From an uncultured virus (IMG/VR IMGVR_UViG_3300028887_000006) (taxonomy: Duplodnaviria; Heunggongvirae; Uroviricota; Caudoviricetes), in the IMG/VR virus record IMGVR_UViG_3300028887_000006: a DNA stretch of 64,000 bases. One strand, written 5' to 3'. This document shows, in pieces, positions 1 through 8,622 of the stretch. Both the position numbers and the translations under genes were made by a program. The first letter of the stretch is position 1, and each line of letters begins with the position of its first letter. The notes beneath the pieces are model-generated. The model was not told where the DNA came from. It made no database searches and saw only the letters and a list, made by a program, of their open reading frames with translations.

Positions 1-113
1 AGTAATAAATGATTGTGATAATCAGTATGTTGTGTTGGGCAATTTTAAGAAATTCGCAGAAGACACTTTAAACCAAATCAAAACAGCACTAGAACAAAAG
101 GATGTAAAATGAA
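1..113 (+). repeat. Direct repeat copy 1 (at least 113 bp, truncated by window start)
   Basis: agtaataaatgattg...gatgtaaaatgaa is identical to 37186-37298. Confidence 0.97.
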
Positions 114-508
114 AACGTATAAACAATTCAAAGATTTTATATTCCAACAAAAATACTGTGCTGTTTGTTGGTCTGCAATTCGTCAGGATGCAATCAAAGA
201 AGGTTTTAATAGATACCTATTTGATTTTTATAAATGGATGCTACAATTTGGTATGCGGTTTAGTTATGCAAAATTAAAAGCAGCAATAAAAAAAAATCTT
301 AAAAGGTATATTTTACATATTTGCTTACCTTGGTCTTGCGATGCTTGGTCTTGATGTGTATTTCTTGATTAAATCCGCAACGATACGCAACGAAACCGAA
401 ACATTGGCATTGGTGGTTGATACCTGTCGCAAAGCCCCCAAATTATGCGAATATGCGGTTATCACAGGCAATTTGAAACTAACAGAAAAACAAAAGGATG
501 TAAAATGA
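109..508 (+). pseudogene. Small membrane protein split by a frameshift in an A9 run (288-296)
   Basis: Removing one A gives ...AAIKKILKGIFYIFAYLGLAMLGLDVYFLIK...LTEKQKDVK*, with its stop overlapping the ATG at 505. Confidence 0.65.
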
Positions 509-870
509 AAGATAAAGTAAATGCGTTTAGTTGTCTTGTGCCAATTTATGACGATTATATTATTATTCAAAACCACAGAAACGACCTGCCAGATGGTATG
601 GAATTGCAAGAATTTGCCGATGCTGGTTATTGGCGAGATAAAGATGGGCAACTGCATATATGGTTATCAAAAGACATAAACCCTTGGCGGACAATACCGC
701 ACGAATGCGTTCATATTGCCAACCGCATATTAGCAGAACGAGATGTTGTATATTTTCCAACGCAAGACGAAGCACTAGCGTATCTGGTTGGGTTCTTGTG
801 CGACAATGTGGCAAAAGCATACAACGAATTATACAAAACTGACGAGCAACCAGAACAAAAGGACAAATAA
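505..870 (+). CDS. HEXXH zincin-like phage protein
   Basis: PHECVH...DEALAYL; homologous to 38066..38437; SD aagga upstream of ATG 505. Confidence 0.65.
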   Translation: MKDKVNAFSCLVPIYDDYIIIQNHRNDLPDGMELQEFADAGYWRDKDGQLHIWLSKDINPWRTIPHECVHIANRILAERDVVYFPTQDEALAYLVGFLCDNVAKAYNELYKTDEQPEQKDK

Positions 871-1196
871 TGAAACCAATACAAATAAAAGAAATAAAAA
901 AATACCAAACAGAAGACGGAAGTGTTTTTGATACAGAAAAAGAAGCCCTAGAATATGCCCAACTAACCAGCACAGGTTTGTATAAAAATTTAGTTGAAAG
1001 GGTGCAAAAACTAGAACAAGAATTGAGTGCCTTAAAAATAGAAGTATCAACAAAAAGTTGGTTTCGTGATACACAGATAAATCGCCCACCGTATCAACAA
1101 CCTATGTCATATATGGCATATAATCCTGCCACAGGACAACCAGAACAAAAGGAAAGGAAAGATGATAACGCAGGTAAGCGAGCCAAAATGGGATAA
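870..1196 (+). CDS. Hypothetical protein (YxTxDGxxFxTxxEA motif, coiled coil)
   Basis: ORF with SD, coupled to the upstream stop. Confidence 0.7.
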   Translation: MKPIQIKEIKKYQTEDGSVFDTEKEALEYAQLTSTGLYKNLVERVQKLEQELSALKIEVSTKSWFRDTQINRPPYQQPMSYMAYNPATGQPEQKERKDDNAGKRAKMG

Positions 1197-1329
1197 ATCA
1201 CGCAGAGAGTGGGAAATTATCTATACCGTCAAAGACCCAACCATTGGTGAATATAAACAGCGTGTATGGGCGGAAACTCTCGTTGCGGCAGAACGTGTCG
1301 TCGCACTGGTAAAAGAAAAAATGCGGTGA
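1162..1329 (+). CDS. 55-aa hypothetical protein (MITQVSEPKW...KEKMR)
   Basis: Translated by hand; SD aagga; ends in the convergent terminator. Confidence 0.6.
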   Translation: MITQVSEPKWDKSRREWEIIYTVKDPTIGEYKQRVWAETLVAAERVVALVKEKMR

Positions 1330-1348
1330 TTTTACCGCACTCTTTTTT
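1312..1348. terminator. Bidirectional intrinsic terminator at the early/late convergence
   Basis: TGCGGT/ACCGCA stem flanked by A- and T-tracts, overlapping both stop codons. Confidence 0.7.
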
Positions 1349-1553
1349 GAAATCTTGTTGCGTTAATACAATCGTTTTCCAAAAGTATCTTTAAGACGGT
1401 TTCGTTCTCGGCTGTTCTCGTTACTACGCCCGGTGTTCTAGGTTCAGCCATAAACCATATAGCATCGCCAGCCATAACCTGATAAATATCATATTTATAG
1501 TAATTTTGAATTGCCCACGATTTTAAGTAGTATTTTAATACTTTATTTGACAT
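1332..1553 (-). CDS. Hypothetical protein
   Basis: Last ORF of the late operon. Confidence 0.65.
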   Translation of the reverse strand: MSNKVLKYYLKSWAIQNYYKYDIYQVMAGDAIWFMAEPRTPGVVTRTAENETVLKILLENDCINATRFQKRVR

Positions 1554-1556
1554 TGG

Positions 1557-1814
1557 TTAGCCCTTTTGCTTTCCGTGATTTCTTATTTCATTTAAATGCT
1601 TCCAAAGTTTATATTCTTCGGCAGTTAAAGCACCCTTTTCGCTATTGCATTTTTTACACGCCAGTATTTTATTACTTTCACCATACTCTTTTTGTCTTGA
1701 CTTTGGTGGCTCGTGTTCGATAGTTGCTTCGGATAGTGGAAAATTTTTAAGACAATAGGGGCAGGTGAAACTTACACTTGCCCCATATAATTTTTTCCAC
1801 TTTTTCTTTTTCAT
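1557..1814 (-). CDS. Small HNH endonuclease
   Basis: CPYC...EH..PKS...ACKKCNSEKG; homologue of 48408..48668. Confidence 0.85.
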   Translation of the reverse strand: MKKKKWKKLYGASVSFTCPYCLKNFPLSEATIEHEPPKSRQKEYGESNKILACKKCNSEKGALTAEEYKLWKHLNEIRNHGKQKG

Positions 1815-2029
1815 TATTTCGCTTTCTTTTCTTTCTTCAACGCATCAGCGATTTTCTGTGCATCTTCTTTCGTGAACACAACACTGAACAAATCCGCCCA
1901 TTTGACTATCTTGGCAAGAATTTTATTATCCTTGTCCGAGGGCGTGATGGCGACTATTGCTGTGCAGAGTGCGGTAATCATACCCCATATTGCGAAGATT
2001 GTTTCGTAGTTTTCAACAAACCAAGTCAT
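1814..2029 (-). CDS. Holin-like membrane protein
   Basis: N-terminal TM helix, AITPSDKD motif, basic C-terminus. Confidence 0.55.
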   Translation of the reverse strand: MTWFVENYETIFAIWGMITALCTAIVAITPSDKDNKILAKIVKWADLFSVVFTKEDAQKIADALKKEKKAK

Positions 2030-2298
2030 TTTTTACTCCTTTTGTTTGGTTTCTTGCAATAAGCCTTATACATAGCAACGCAGTAGGAATTTCCGCCCAT
2101 CGCCGTGTATTCGTCAAATAACTGATGCACAACGGCGGTATCACCCCTGTCCATAGCAGATATCAACTCCAACCGCAAAGTGCGTTTTTCAAGGTCGTTT
2201 TGGCGCGTTAAAACCGCATCTAACTTGTCTTCAATACGCCCTTTGTACTGTATGCGTTTTACGACCCACTCCACTAATGTTATAACTAGCCTCCACAT
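2026..2298 (-). CDS. Holin-associated phage protein
   Basis: LRLEL...FDEYTAMGGNSY motif common in phage lysis regions. Confidence 0.55.
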   Translation of the reverse strand: MWRLVITLVEWVVKRIQYKGRIEDKLDAVLTRQNDLEKRTLRLELISAMDRGDTAVVHQLFDEYTAMGGNSYCVAMYKAYCKKPNKRSKK

Positions 2299-2309
2299 TT
2301 TTCTATCTC

Positions 2310-4484
2310 CTAAACTGTTTTTTCGTATTCACATTCAAGTTGTAAGTTATTCATTGACGCTTGTGTGATTTCCAGTGTGTTATCGCCTGCCTGCACTTGT
2401 AATGTCTGTCCTGTAACAGATTCTGTGGTTTCTGTTGCCAGTGGATACACAACGATTACAGGTGTTCCCGCGGCGTATTGTTGTGCAAGGTATGCTTTGA
2501 AAGCCGCCACATTAGGCCATTGTGTTAAATCCGCTTGAATGTATACTCTGTCCCAGTTGATATAACCAGTTGTATTAGTGCCAACTTTTATAACATTAGT
2601 GCTTGATACTATAGTAACGTTTGTATCTACTCCAAGAAAATGAGAACACAAACAACCGTGTGTTTGAGCAATAGCACCAAACCCAGCATTATCTAAATAA
2701 TACCCTTGTGCAACTGTGGCAAAAGCCCAATCTTCAGTTCCATCAAGCACCTTTACCCCGACTTTGCGTGTGACATCGCCAGCCAGTATTTCTTGGACAT
2801 CTTGATAGTCGCCAACCTTTAACAGCATTTCAGCCGTTGCTGTGTTGCCAATTGTGTCTTCTATCGTTTCCACTGTGCCGTCTGTGTAGATTTCAACTGG
2901 GTCGCTTACTGGGTCGCCTGCTGTAAAGTCGCCTGTGCCTGCGTTGGTATAGAACTGCCCGCTTACAAGGTCATACATACCAACGACATTAGACGAGTTC
3001 TTTGCTGGAATATAATTTGCTACCAACGTTCCGTTTTCTTTTATCCATGCATTATAGATTTTTCCTTTAAAGGAAGCAGAGCCACCACCATACCCGCCAA
3101 CCAAACATGTATTTGTGTCAGTATGTGTAAATGTTTGCGTTGTTGGCGTTGCTATTAAAGTATTACCCACGTATAAACCACTTTGTCCGTAAGATATGGT
3201 AACCTTGGTATTTAAATAACTAGAAAGACTATTGCTTGCCATATAATATCCAAATCTATAATATTTATCATACAGTTGGAAAGACTCATCAACTGATACA
3301 TATCTTCCCATAGCACCCTTTAAATTTTCGGCATTAACCGTCATCCCAATTGTATGATTGTTTGACAGATGTATTCCTGTATCAAAGTAAGTTTCTGCTG
3401 GCGAACTAAATGACACATATTCCAACAAAGTATAACCCAACGGCAAACCGCTTTGATGTTTTGCTTTCAACACCCCATTATTGCTTACAATGTCCATTGG
3501 GGCATCGGGGGTTGGTACTGCTTCGCCACCTGCCGCAAATGTGCCTGCTGTTGCTGTCTTAAATGTTCCGCTAACCGTATCATAAAAACCAACAACAGGA
3601 ACTGTGCCTTTCTGCACTGCTGGAACATAGTCAGCAACCAATTCGCCCTGTGCGTTCCATACTTTGAACGAATACAAATAGATACCGATACCAGACGGAA
3701 CCAGTGTGCCCACATTATTAAAACCATTTATAACCAAAGGTCTTGTCATAGTTTGGTTGGGCGTAAATGTATAGGTGTACAATACTGTGTTTCCTTGATA
3801 AACTGTTCCTACACCATTATTCCAAACGAATTTATAGCGAGTATTATTTGTCGCAGCCACTGTTGATGTTGCTCGTTCAGACAAACCGTTTATAAAGAAA
3901 TACTTATCGTTACTGGTTCTGCCTAAACTAAAACCATTGTCCACTGTATTGACATCGCGTATACCAATAAAAGAACCACCTGTTGCTATTAAACTTGTTG
4001 TCGCAAAATCCATTTCAATATGACTATCGTATGTCGGCACAATGTCCGTCAGTAAATACGACCCGTCCATCATATAGATAAACTGCCGTTCAATATACTC
4101 ATCTGGCAGATTCCGCTGTTCTGTTCCACCAAACGCCTTGACATAAGATAGGGAATCAGCAATCGCATCGGGCAATAACAATGGTGAGATGCCCGGCCCA
4201 ACGATAACCTTTTGTCCGCTCGGTCCAGAAACAATCAAAACACGACGAACATTCTGCCCCGGCAAGATACTATTTTGCTTAATTACCAACTGTGTTCCGC
4301 CACGCAGATTATCCAATGGGTCGGTTACTTCTATAACTTTCCAAACAACCCACTCTTTACCAAGTGCAGCAGCGGCATCTATGTCCGCTTGGGTCACTGG
4401 CAACACACGTTGAATATTATGGGCTAAATCACCCAACATTCTTAAATCTGATTCTGAACAAGCCTTAATACGAATTGGTAACAT
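2310..4484 (-). CDS. Receptor-binding/tail protein with two tandem LamG/concanavalin-like modules
   Basis: Internal repeat LPxxYxxxxYI...LVAxYxPA...VGxYDxVSGxF; Thr/Gly-rich beta composition. Confidence 0.65.
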   Translation of the reverse strand: MLPIRIKACSESDLRMLGDLAHNIQRVLPVTQADIDAAAALGKEWVVWKVIEVTDPLDNLRGGTQLVIKQNSILPGQNVRRVLIVSGPSGQKVIVGPGISPLLLPDAIADSLSYVKAFGGTEQRNLPDEYIERQFIYMMDGSYLLTDIVPTYDSHIEMDFATTSLIATGGSFIGIRDVNTVDNGFSLGRTSNDKYFFINGLSERATSTVAATNNTRYKFVWNNGVGTVYQGNTVLYTYTFTPNQTMTRPLVINGFNNVGTLVPSGIGIYLYSFKVWNAQGELVADYVPAVQKGTVPVVGFYDTVSGTFKTATAGTFAAGGEAVPTPDAPMDIVSNNGVLKAKHQSGLPLGYTLLEYVSFSSPAETYFDTGIHLSNNHTIGMTVNAENLKGAMGRYVSVDESFQLYDKYYRFGYYMASNSLSSYLNTKVTISYGQSGLYVGNTLIATPTTQTFTHTDTNTCLVGGYGGGSASFKGKIYNAWIKENGTLVANYIPAKNSSNVVGMYDLVSGQFYTNAGTGDFTAGDPVSDPVEIYTDGTVETIEDTIGNTATAEMLLKVGDYQDVQEILAGDVTRKVGVKVLDGTEDWAFATVAQGYYLDNAGFGAIAQTHGCLCSHFLGVDTNVTIVSSTNVIKVGTNTTGYINWDRVYIQADLTQWPNVAAFKAYLAQQYAAGTPVIVVYPLATETTESVTGQTLQVQAGDNTLEITQASMNNLQLECEYEKTV

Positions 4485-4512
4485 TTACATAGTCCTTTTA
4501 TATATAATATCC

Positions 4513-4540
4513 AAATCGGCGACTAAAAAGCCACCGATTT
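4513..4540 (-). terminator. Hairpin, probable terminator or stabiliser after the micropeptide
   Basis: Minus-strand AAAUCGGUGGCU-UUUU-AGUCGCCGAUUU. Confidence 0.6.
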
Positions 4541-4570
4541 TTATTTTTTTCTCTTTTTTCCGCACGGCAT
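4541..4570 (-). CDS. 9-aa basic micropeptide MPCGKKRKK
   Basis: SD AAGGAG upstream; homologue at 48844..48882 with synonymous codon changes. Confidence 0.7.
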   Translation of the reverse strand: MPCGKKRKK

Positions 4571-4603
4571 TTTTTTCTCCTTGACTTTTGGTTCTTGTTC
4601 TAG

Positions 4604-4909
4604 TTATAATTCTGTTGAAACGCTACTAGACTCGGTCGATGGCGTTTCTTTTTCTTCTGTCCATTGTCCAATCGCTTGCAAACGCAGTTTTTCTAGCGTT
4701 AATTTGTCGGTCGTTTCAGCATACGCTTGTTTGCGTAATTCGTGCATCTGCGAACGGGTTGGCACAGGTTCTGGAACAACGATTGTTTCGATAATACGAT
4801 ACGTTCCGTCGCCAACCGGTTCGGTCATCAGGTTCGGGTGATTCACAGCACAATAGTTAGCGAACGCAATATGTTCTTTTTTTGTAATAAATTGTCCTAC
4901 TTCATACAT
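4604..4909 (-). CDS. Tail fibre assembly/chaperone-like protein
   Basis: Directly after the tail fibre; ELRKQAY...D motif. Confidence 0.5.
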   Translation of the reverse strand: MYEVGQFITKKEHIAFANYCAVNHPNLMTEPVGDGTYRIIETIVVPEPVPTRSQMHELRKQAYAETTDKLTLEKLRLQAIGQWTEEKETPSTESSSVSTEL

Positions 4910-4920
4910 ATTTCACCTCT

Positions 4921-7900
4921 TTATGCTGCTACGCCAGACACCATCCAATTAGTCATATAATTTACCAAATGTCCGACAGTTATTGTGGTTGTAGTTTTTG
5001 ATTTTACTACGTTTCCATAATTAGGTGCATCGTTTCCTGAATACCCTGTATTACTGCATGCAAAATAATTTGTATCTGTCATTGTTATTGGCAAGTTTAC
5101 TGTTTTGGATGCAGAACTCGCTGTTGTTGATGAAATTTGTCCGCCTTGTTCTACCCAGCCAGATTTGTATTTACGATACCACGTGTAACCATTGCCTGCG
5201 TTTGGTTCTTGGCTTTCTACCACGTAGTCAATCATGTTTGTATTGGCAAAATCTAAATCTGCTTTATCGTTAAATAATTCTGCGTTCAGCCCAGCAGTAT
5301 TTTCTATTGCCGTCTGCGTAAATTCGCCAACATAGAAATACAGATATTTGTATTGGTCTGTGTCTTCAACAGGTGTTGAAATTATACCAGTTTGTGTAGG
5401 GTCTATTGATAATTTAAGTTCGGTTATTCCAGAGGAACCCATTGTTTTATCAGTTTTCATATAAACAGTTTGTCCATTGTTGCCTGCGTTCCAATGAACC
5501 GCTGTATCATTACCAATAACTGGTCTATCGCCATAATGTTCGTGTTTGCTACGTGGCAACTTAAACCGTTTGTTCGGTATATCTATGATATAATACCACG
5601 CTACACCTGTCGCTGTGTAAATGTTAGCAACGTTGGTTTCATCACTCACACTCACAATCTTTCTTCCGCTATGCCCTGTATAAACAGTCAACGAATAACC
5701 AGCAACCGTTTCCGTTGTCGGTGTAACATACGTGTTGCTCATATATGAATATGTATTGCCACTTACGGTTATTTCATCATTGACATCATCATAAGAATCA
5801 ACCGTTCCGATTTGTGTTGTCAGGTCACTATTCAAATACACCGCATCGCCTACCGCTGGTGTTCTTGATTTCGTGTATGCTGGACCACCGCCACCATACC
5901 AGTATGTGCTGACTTGCATATCATAGAACAAATCCCAGAAAGCCGCTTGATATACACTACCAGATTGCCAAGAGAAAGTATCGGCACGCAACCACTGAAC
6001 ATCATTACGCAACGCATCTGACCATTCCCACGCAAACAGGTCTGGGTGGTAACCACCAGTAGTCGCAACCTGAATATCGCCCGAACCCAAGATTGATTCG
6101 CCATTGATTGTCTTGATATTCGTTCCGCTGACTAATTCTGGTTGAAAACCAATCCAGCCACTAACGTTTGAACCACCGTTCCAGTATGTATATTTCCACA
6201 AATATGGCGTTTGATTACCACTTGTCATCGTCAGCACAATAACTTTATTTGCGGCGGTTGTTCCATCCATAATTTCAACAGTTACTTCGGCATTGACCAA
6301 CCCTGATGGCAAATCGCTGAATGTCACTTCGCCCAGATATGCCTTTCCTTTGGTTGCTGTGGTATCTGCCGCAACTGCATCACAGAACGCCTTGGTTGTG
6401 CCACTTGTTGACCAGCCCGCAGGGAATGTTAAATAGGTTGAACGGCTATCGACATAGTCCTTATTGACAATCTGTCCGCCCGCTGGATTAACCGGCATAA
6501 CAACCGTTGAATTGCCTGTAATTTCAATATCTTCAAACGAAATAATCTGTGGGTATGGTGTGAACTCTTTGCTCTGGTGGTTCCACAAAATACGCCCACC
6601 TTGTTGCCCTGCTTGTTCTGCTATATCCCAAATCTTGCTTGTAATTGGCACATAGCCGTCATACTCGGCAGGTGGTGTAATTGTTTCTGTTTGCACCCAC
6701 GCACCCGATTGGCGTTCGTATATCACAATTATTGGGTTACCTTGTCCATCGACTTGTGAAAAGTCCGCATAATTTGTGCCGTTTTCTGCACTTGGTGCAA
6801 CGGTTGCCGAATACATCTTTGCATACCATACACCTTGGTCGGTAATCATACGACCAGAGTTTGCCGCCAAGTCTACTTCACTTTTCAACGCCAATGTTTG
6901 TGGGCTATTTGTCACAGGAACCGCAATATCATAGCCGTTGTTTATAACAGACATATATGCTTTACCAGCAAGATACAAGTCTTTCCATTTGTTCGCACTT
7001 CTACCAAGGTCTATTGCGTTCGTTGTGACTGGTAAGAACTGGCTATCGGTCAGGTTTGCGATGTTTGTTATGTTTCCTTGTGAATCTAATTTCCAGAAAC
7101 TTACACCATTTAAGTACGGACCTACGGCACCACGCATAGAACCAGCCCTGAATTTTAACGGTGCCGTCATAATTGAAGTGCCGTCTATATTGACCTTTCC
7201 ATCTAATGCTGTTCCTGTATCTATAACAAACTGGTCGTAATCTTCTTTCAAATCGTCAAAATCTTCTTCCAATTCATCAAAATTGCGAGTGTTAGACGAT
7301 ATCGCATCGCCATCAACACGGCGTTGTAATGCCGTCAAAACACTCATGCCGTTGTAAATGGTAGCACTAGCCGTCGCATCACCGCAAAGCACCTGCACGT
7401 TCATTGTATCGCCAATTTCAGCGTGCAATGTAGCGGTTTCGCTCTCGGCAAAGTCAATCACAAATTCTTTACAAAACTCAAATGCTTCTTCACGAACATT
7501 AAACTGCTTTGTTATGATTGAATTGCCGATTTTAACCACTAGCGAGAATGGAATTTCGTTATAAACCGAACTATCTAAACTATGTCCACAGAGTTTCAGC
7601 ACCCATTTGGTATTTGGAGTAAAAATTTTTGGACTTGCAAACGTATAAGTCGCATTGACCCACAATGTATTGCCAGATGCCAAGAAAGAGCCAGTTAAAT
7701 CACGCCCATCGCCATAAACGGTCGTGGCTGATACAAGTGTTCCGTTTGACAGTTTCCAGTTGTCTGTGCCTTTCAAAACGGCTGTGGCGTTGCCCCGATG
7801 GTCAGAATATACAACACTGCCGTCAGACGTGCCTGCTGGCATATTTGCAAAAGTCGTCGGTGTGACTTGGTTTTTAATTTCCAACACCGATTTTGCCGTA

Positions 7901-7941
7901 TCTTTTCCTTTCAAATGCTGTATAAACTTATTCTCGGACAT
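4921..7941 (-). CDS. Tail fibre protein
   Basis: GTNIKTINGESILGSGDI, IVNKDYVD and C-terminal WYRKYKSGWVEQGG gp53-like domain; shares its core with 50815..52824. Confidence 0.85.
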   Translation of the reverse strand: MSENKFIQHLKGKDTAKSVLEIKNQVTPTTFANMPAGTSDGSVVYSDHRGNATAVLKGTDNWKLSNGTLVSATTVYGDGRDLTGSFLASGNTLWVNATYTFASPKIFTPNTKWVLKLCGHSLDSSVYNEIPFSLVVKIGNSIITKQFNVREEAFEFCKEFVIDFAESETATLHAEIGDTMNVQVLCGDATASATIYNGMSVLTALQRRVDGDAISSNTRNFDELEEDFDDLKEDYDQFVIDTGTALDGKVNIDGTSIMTAPLKFRAGSMRGAVGPYLNGVSFWKLDSQGNITNIANLTDSQFLPVTTNAIDLGRSANKWKDLYLAGKAYMSVINNGYDIAVPVTNSPQTLALKSEVDLAANSGRMITDQGVWYAKMYSATVAPSAENGTNYADFSQVDGQGNPIIVIYERQSGAWVQTETITPPAEYDGYVPITSKIWDIAEQAGQQGGRILWNHQSKEFTPYPQIISFEDIEITGNSTVVMPVNPAGGQIVNKDYVDSRSTYLTFPAGWSTSGTTKAFCDAVAADTTATKGKAYLGEVTFSDLPSGLVNAEVTVEIMDGTTAANKVIVLTMTSGNQTPYLWKYTYWNGGSNVSGWIGFQPELVSGTNIKTINGESILGSGDIQVATTGGYHPDLFAWEWSDALRNDVQWLRADTFSWQSGSVYQAAFWDLFYDMQVSTYWYGGGGPAYTKSRTPAVGDAVYLNSDLTTQIGTVDSYDDVNDEITVSGNTYSYMSNTYVTPTTETVAGYSLTVYTGHSGRKIVSVSDETNVANIYTATGVAWYYIIDIPNKRFKLPRSKHEHYGDRPVIGNDTAVHWNAGNNGQTVYMKTDKTMGSSGITELKLSIDPTQTGIISTPVEDTDQYKYLYFYVGEFTQTAIENTAGLNAELFNDKADLDFANTNMIDYVVESQEPNAGNGYTWYRKYKSGWVEQGGQISSTTASSASKTVNLPITMTDTNYFACSNTGYSGNDAPNYGNVVKSKTTTTITVGHLVNYMTNWMVSGVAA

Positions 7942-7952
7942 AATCTACTCCA

Positions 7953-8294
7953 TTATCTGCCGTCTGCTGGAACAATTACAATATCTCTCATAATTCTTTT
8001 GGTTGATGGGCTTACTTTATCAATAATATCTTCATAGGTTTGGTCAACGTGCAACCCACGATTACGCAAAGCCCTATCACGAACATTATCTAACATCAAG
8101 GTTAATGGTCCTGTGTTAACATATTGTTGAACGCCTAATTCTGCATCACGCAATGCTTCTGGGGTAACCCAATGATTTATACGACCACGATACAAACGCA
8201 TAATATCTTCGTCAGACATCTGTGGATTTGGATTGGTAAAAGCCCTATCAAAGCCACCACCGATTTTTTGCAATATTGCTTCCGCTACCGTCAT
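7953..8294 (-). CDS. Hypothetical virion-region protein
   Basis: ORF with SD in the late operon. Confidence 0.6.
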   Translation of the reverse strand: MTVAEAILQKIGGGFDRAFTNPNPQMSDEDIMRLYRGRINHWVTPEALRDAELGVQQYVNTGPLTLMLDNVRDRALRNRGLHVDQTYEDIIDKVSPSTKRIMRDIVIVPADGR

Positions 8295-8305
8295 TTTATA
8301 CCCCT

Positions 8306-8611
8306 TTATTCAACATCTTTCATTGCATCACGCAGGTCATTTAATGCTTTGGCAACACCGTCTTCCGCCACTGGAATATTGTCGTCAAATTCAAGCAATA
8401 ACGCCTGCAAGATTAAAGTATGGTTCTTTATATCAGAAACCAAATTTCGCACTGTATCGGTGGAACGTTTATACCCGCCTTCCGCTAAACTCGTGATTAA
8501 CTTAAAGTATTCTTTCTGTAAATCAACCGCTTTTCCCACGCAGTCAATGATGCGGATTGCAGAATCTGCCTTGCGATATTCTTTTTCTACCATCATCGGT
8601 TCTTGTGCCAT
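8306..8611 (-). CDS. Hypothetical protein
   Basis: ORF with SD in the late operon. Confidence 0.6.
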   Translation of the reverse strand: MAQEPMMVEKEYRKADSAIRIIDCVGKAVDLQKEYFKLITSLAEGGYKRSTDTVRNLVSDIKNHTLILQALLLEFDDNIPVAEDGVAKALNDLRDAMKDVE

Positions 8612-8622
8612 TTTCTAGTCCT

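Noticed and set aside
1..113. attL/attR prophage boundaries
   Set aside because: The repeat is a phage gene 3' end, both flanks are phage DNA and no integrase was found
4604..4660. Programmed frameshift in the fibre chaperone (odd Ser/Thr tail)
   Set aside because: Both alternative frames stop shortly afterwards, so no extended product is supported
4921..5260. Diversity-generating retroelement (similar fibre C-termini at 4921 and 50815 as VR/TR)
   Set aside because: No reverse transcriptase in the window; both copies are coding and the differences are not adenine-specific
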